This document shows, piece by piece, positions 59,683 through 64,000 of a DNA stretch of 64,000 bases. Position 1 is the first letter of the stretch. Each line of letters opens with the position of its first letter. A program made the translations under genes and the position numbers. Below the pieces are notes generated by a model, which did no database searches, had not been told where the DNA came from, and worked only from the letters and a program-made list of their open reading frames with translations. This stretch comes from Anaerolineae bacterium (GTDB lineage: Bacteria > Chloroflexota > Anaerolineae > Aggregatilineales > Phototrophicaceae): positions 115,165 through 179,164 of the forward strand of contig JAWKPB010000018.1 of NCBI GenBank assembly GCA_041390885.1, in the 5' to 3' direction.

Positions 59683-60399
59683 ATGTTTGCGAATTTTAAC
59701 CGTTCAGACCGCCGCCTGCTGCTGACACTGCTTGCGATGGTGGCAGTCTTCATCCTGTGGAACGTGCCGCAGTTGGACTTCATCCTTTATCCTTTCCGCC
59801 TGTTCGTGACCTACGTCCACGAAGCCGGGCATGGCACAGCCGCGCTCATCACGGGCGGGCGCTTTCAAGGCTTTGAAGTCATGTCCAACGGCGCGGGGCA
59901 GGCCATCACCGCAGGAGGCACCCGCTGGCTCATCCTCCCCGCAGGCTATCTAGGCGCGGCGCTCTTTGGCGCAGTCCTGTTTTACATCAACAACCGCTTT
60001 CACTACAGCCGCTTGCTGGCAGTGGCGCTCGGCGTAGGTTTGATTGTCTTCTCGGTATGGTTCGGGCGTATTGCGCTGCTGTCGTTAGTCGTGGGCATCG
60101 CTTTCGGGGCAGTCCTCATCCTGCTCGGCCTGCGCGCCAATGACTACGTCAACGGCTTTGTGCTGAATATCCTCGCCATGCTCACCGGCCTCAACGCCGT
60201 GCTGGATGTTTGGCTGCTCATCAACAACAGCGACGCGAATCTGGGCACGATCCGCAACGATGCCGCCGCCTTCTCCGCCGAAATCGCGCCCCTCATCCCC
60301 GGCGCAGTTTGGGCGTTCTTGTGGGCGCTGCTGGCGCTGGTCATGGTAGGGGTGTCAGTGTGGTTCGGCGTAGTGCGCCCGTTGCGCGGGAAGTCATAA
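59683..60399 (+). CDS. M50B-like membrane metallopeptidase
   Basis: YVHEAGH, PAGYLG, NDA motifs. Confidence 0.88.
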   Translation: MFANFNRSDRRLLLTLLAMVAVFILWNVPQLDFILYPFRLFVTYVHEAGHGTAALITGGRFQGFEVMSNGAGQAITAGGTRWLILPAGYLGAALFGAVLFYINNRFHYSRLLAVALGVGLIVFSVWFGRIALLSLVVGIAFGAVLILLGLRANDYVNGFVLNILAMLTGLNAVLDVWLLINNSDANLGTIRNDAAAFSAEIAPLIPGAVWAFLWALLALVMVGVSVWFGVVRPLRGKS

Positions 60400-60446
60400 T
60401 GGTTGAGGGGCGCGGTTCGCCCCTCGTACTTCGTATGTTACGTTTG

Positions 60447-62927
60447 CTAACCCGCTAACTTCTTGATCAAATCCAGCACATCCGGATTGGCCTTGTCGCC
60501 CGCCAGCTTGGCATATTGCTGGAAGTCAGCCAGCGCCTCATCGTAAAATTCCTTACCCTTAGCATAATAAGCGTAGCCTCGGTTGCTGTAGGCAATCGCC
60601 AACTCTGGATTGAGTTCAATGGCGCGGCTATACTCCGCAATGGCTTCGTCATACTGTTTCTGATTTGAATAAATAATCCCGCGCCGGTTGTAGGCCGCGG
60701 CATCCTCTTTAACTTCCAACGCGCGATTATAGTCCTCCATCGCACGGTCAGGATCGCCCTGCAAACGGTACATATCCCCGCGGTTGATATACGCCTGAAA
60801 ATAATCAGGCTTCAATTGAATAGCCCGTGTCATATCCTCCAGTGCCAGCTGGATACGGTCAAGCCGGTATTGGGCAACAGCCCGTCCGTTATAAATCTCG
60901 GCATTATCCGGGTCGAGTCTGAGTGCCTGCCCGTAAATCGCAACCGCCCCCGCAAAATCGCGGTTGTTGAGCGTGTCCGTAGCCTGCTTGTTGAGTTCCT
61001 CTGCCGTAAACGCCGATGCTTCGAAAGCCTCTCGTGCTGCTGCCGTCTGCGCCGGTACATCCCACACCCGCGCCAGCAGTGAATTGCTTAAGCGTGTCAC
61101 CAGATAATGCCCGTCAGGACTCCAATCCTGCCACACGTAAACATCTTTTTCGCCCTTGCTGGCATGCCCTATCCGCAGCAGCATCCGCCCCGTTTCGGTA
61201 TCCCAAAAATACAGCCCGCCGTCTTCCGCCTCCGTCTCAATCAGCGTTTCGTCTGCGTTCCATTCTGCCCGCTGGATAGCCACCTCATGCGGCAGCGCCA
61301 GCACCATCTCGCCGGTCTCGCTATCCCAGATCCGCACGATATTTTCGTCCGACCATGTCATTAACTGGCTGCCATCCGCTTTCCATGCCGCACCGCGTAC
61401 CGTGTCAGGATGCTCAAAAGTCGCAACAACCTTACCACTCGCCACGTCCCATAGCAGCGCATGGCTCGGCTCGCGCGAAAGCGTCAGCACACGGCTGCCG
61501 TCCGGCTGCCACACCGCCGCACTGAAAGGTTCTTCCTCCCCCAAACGCCCCACAACATCGCCCGACTGCGCGTCCCATACCCATAGGCTGAGGCTACAGT
61601 TGTCGCGCGTCGCAGAGCATCTACCCACATTCGCGGCAATCAGTGACTCGCCAGTATGCCACTCAGCATCGTACACGCCATCTCGTTCCGCCTCGGTCTC
61701 AACAGACAGTGTGAGTACCTCGCTGCCATTGGTCGCATCAAACACATGGATGACCTTGTCATCGGTGATCGCCATAATTTGAGACTGGTCGCTGTTCCAG
61801 ACGGCGTATTTGGAATTCTCCACCGTCAGCACATTCTCACCTGTTGCCGCATCCCACAATTGGATGCTGTTCGTGCCCGAACCGGTGCTGATCTTGCGCG
61901 TCTCAATCACCGCCCCGTCCCGCTTCCACGCCGGCAGCGAGGTTTGCGCTTCGATGCTCAGTTGGCGGCGGCCATGTTCCGGCTCATACACTTGAACCAA
62001 CGAGTCACCAAACGTCGACGTAATCATCTGTGACCCATCCGCCTTCCAATTGGCGTACGTCGCCCCCGGCAGTGTAAACAGCGATTCTTGAGTAACCGCA
62101 TCATAAACGCGCGTGAAGCTGTTCACGTCCCAGATCACGAACTGGCTTAGATCCGGTTTCCAGTTCACCCCTAGCCCGTTCTTAAACTCCGCCGTCATGT
62201 CGCCTGTCACGGCGTCCCATAAACGCACGATATTTTCTTTGGCCTGAATATTGCTGGTGCGCGTTGCTACAATCGTGCTATCCGGACTCCACCGCACATC
62301 CCACAACGTCGCATCATGAATCAGCAGATGCGCCGCATCGCCGCCAAAATGCAGCGACTGAGCAACATCTAGCACAGTCGATTCAAATTGCGCCATTTCA
62401 TCCGGCCTGCTGCTCGCCACCAGCACATAGATGCCACCGTCGCCCGCATCCACCGCCAATATCAAACCCGCACTGCGCTTATCGGCAGCATCATAACGGG
62501 CGGCGGGATAATCCCCCAACGTCAACTCCACAATATCATTGGCGTTGAACCCATCCAGCTTCCCGAACATACCTTCTAGCGCTTGTTTGGGTGTGGTCAA
62601 AGTGTTGTAATCGAACACTTTCCGCAGATACGCTGGACGCATCACAATGATGCCCACTTCCCCCTTGCCGACAGCTTTAATTTGCTCGGCCTTGCTGTTG
62701 CGGCGCATGGTTTCCAGCGCATCCGCTGAATTGGCGAGCATGAAGAATCCTGTGCCGAAATCATCCGCTTCCGAATCCACAAACCACCCTTGTGGATAGT
62801 TCACCGTCAGCAGGCTGTCATAAGTCGTAAATTTTTCCGTCAGCGCGGGTGCATCTTGCGCGAACGTAGGGACAACTACCAGCAGTAACAAGACAAAAAC
62901 AGTAACAAAGGCCAAACGTCTATACAT
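60447..62927 (-). CDS. Secreted WD40 plus TPR protein
   Basis: Signal peptide, repeated LWDA.TG and WSPDG, C-terminal AY.NRG TPRs. Confidence 0.85.
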   Translation of the reverse strand: MYRRLAFVTVFVLLLLVVVPTFAQDAPALTEKFTTYDSLLTVNYPQGWFVDSEADDFGTGFFMLANSADALETMRRNSKAEQIKAVGKGEVGIIVMRPAYLRKVFDYNTLTTPKQALEGMFGKLDGFNANDIVELTLGDYPAARYDAADKRSAGLILAVDAGDGGIYVLVASSRPDEMAQFESTVLDVAQSLHFGGDAAHLLIHDATLWDVRWSPDSTIVATRTSNIQAKENIVRLWDAVTGDMTAEFKNGLGVNWKPDLSQFVIWDVNSFTRVYDAVTQESLFTLPGATYANWKADGSQMITSTFGDSLVQVYEPEHGRRQLSIEAQTSLPAWKRDGAVIETRKISTGSGTNSIQLWDAATGENVLTVENSKYAVWNSDQSQIMAITDDKVIHVFDATNGSEVLTLSVETEAERDGVYDAEWHTGESLIAANVGRCSATRDNCSLSLWVWDAQSGDVVGRLGEEEPFSAAVWQPDGSRVLTLSREPSHALLWDVASGKVVATFEHPDTVRGAAWKADGSQLMTWSDENIVRIWDSETGEMVLALPHEVAIQRAEWNADETLIETEAEDGGLYFWDTETGRMLLRIGHASKGEKDVYVWQDWSPDGHYLVTRLSNSLLARVWDVPAQTAAAREAFEASAFTAEELNKQATDTLNNRDFAGAVAIYGQALRLDPDNAEIYNGRAVAQYRLDRIQLALEDMTRAIQLKPDYFQAYINRGDMYRLQGDPDRAMEDYNRALEVKEDAAAYNRRGIIYSNQKQYDEAIAEYSRAIELNPELAIAYSNRGYAYYAKGKEFYDEALADFQQYAKLAGDKANPDVLDLIKKLAG

Positions 62928-62992
62928 CAATAATTTCTCCCTACGTTGATCTACAAAATCTAATGGTCAGACCAAAATGAAACCTGATGATT

Positions 62993-63016
62993 GTAGGGAC
63001 GAGGCGTGCCTCGTCC
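62993..63016 (+). repeat. GTAG-type REP
   Basis: GTAG-GGACGAGGCGTGCCTCGTCC, one mismatch from the copy inside the RAYT. Confidence 0.85.
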
Positions 63017-63182
63017 GCCGAAAATGATTTCCCAACCTATTGGTTTACCCATAAGTGCGTATAAAAATTGTAGCATCGTCGCTCCTCACGGGGAAATTAC
63101 CTCAGCATCGCTCCACGCCCTAAACGCCCATCCGGCGTATAATACGGGTTCGATTGGCATACTCTAAGGTAATCGCATATAC

Positions 63183-64000
63183 ATGATCGGCAAGATTGAA
63201 TTTATTCAGCGCCCCCACTGCGAACTCTGCGGTGCGCAGCAGCCCGCCACACTGCTTGCCAGACCCTTCACTGACCCCGCAGTGTGGTCATTCATTGAAC
63301 GCTACTACGAAGGGCGGGTGGATAAGAGCGCACTGGATGGCGCAGCCTATGAACTGGCGTGCTGCCCGAACTGTGGCTTCATCTGGCAGAAGCACATCCT
63401 CAACGATTCAGGTATGGCGCTGCTCTATGACACATGGATCGCCCCTGACAATAGCCTGAAGAAGAAGCAGAGCATAAACATCGCCCCCGGCTATCTGCGG
63501 CAGGCTGAGTTGATGCGACTGCTCATGTCGAGCCGTCACCCACAGGACATTCGTGTACTGGACTTCGGCATGGGCTGGGGTTACTGGTGCAAAGCGGCAC
63601 AGTCACTCGGTTATCAGGTTGTCGGTCTGGAACTGGCCGAGTCGCGTATTGCTTTCGCCCGTGAGCAGGGCATTGAAGCCGTGCAAACTCTGGACGAACT
63701 AAGCGGGCGCACCTTCGATTTTATCAACGCCGAGCAGGTTTTTGAGCACATTCCCCGCCCGCTTGAAACCCTAAAAACATTATGTGCTTATCTGAGCGAC
63801 AACGGAGTTATCCGCATCGCCGTACCCGACGGCGCAAACATCGCGCAGGAAGTGGCGCAGCCCACATGGACAGCCTCCAAAAACGCCGTACACCCCCTCG
63901 AACACATCAACTGCTTTACCCACGCCACACTGTCACGGTTGGGCACTGAGGCCGGGCTATCCGTTATTCCGCAGCCTATCAATCTCACCCTGCGTTATGG
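63183..64000 (+). CDS. Class I SAM-dependent methyltransferase (runs off the window)
   Basis: Own translation: CELC and CPNC N-terminus, RVLDFGMGWG, EQVFEHI, IAVP, PLEHINCF; no stop before the window end. Confidence 0.85.
   Translation, partial: MIGKIEFIQRPHCELCGAQQPATLLARPFTDPAVWSFIERYYEGRVDKSALDGAAYELACCPNCGFIWQKHILNDSGMALLYDTWIAPDNSLKKKQSINIAPGYLRQAELMRLLMSSRHPQDIRVLDFGMGWGYWCKAAQSLGYQVVGLELAESRIAFAREQGIEAVQTLDELSGRTFDFINAEQVFEHIPRPLETLKTLCAYLSDNGVIRIAVPDGANIAQEVAQPTWTASKNAVHPLEHINCFTHATLSRLGTEAGLSVIPQPINLTLRY

Overview
About 64 kb of bacterial chromosome, most consistent with Chloroflexota (Anaerolineae-like). That assignment is inferred from gene content (caa3-type A2 oxidase with split subunit III, FHA pairs, many secreted beta-propellers) and GTAG-type palindromic repeats. 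Most of the window is housekeeping or metabolic (gap, dtd, xpt, guaA, thiolase, cta operon, MalY/PatB, endonuclease IV) plus signalling genes. Best candidate for an undescribed system: a translationally coupled operon at the left end, DUF4241 - ThiF/E1-like adenylyltransferase - 115-aa disordered protein ending in ...RKRRAWYGG - long PIMT-like methyltransferase. It could be a RiPP or a non-canonical ubiquitin-like conjugation system. Other notable items: a TIR-NB-ARC-TPR (NLR-like) gene with near-identical 120-bp repeats, an in-frame palindrome and an error-rich 1.2-kb internal duplication; a RAYT transposase with its REP family; a single-gene fic mini-island flanked by a 70-bp duplication of a host gene 3' end; an unknown membrane gene inside the oxidase operon; and several cis-regulatory elements. 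Scattered 1-2 bp indels suggest imperfectly polished long-read sequence. No tRNA, rRNA or CRISPR array was seen.
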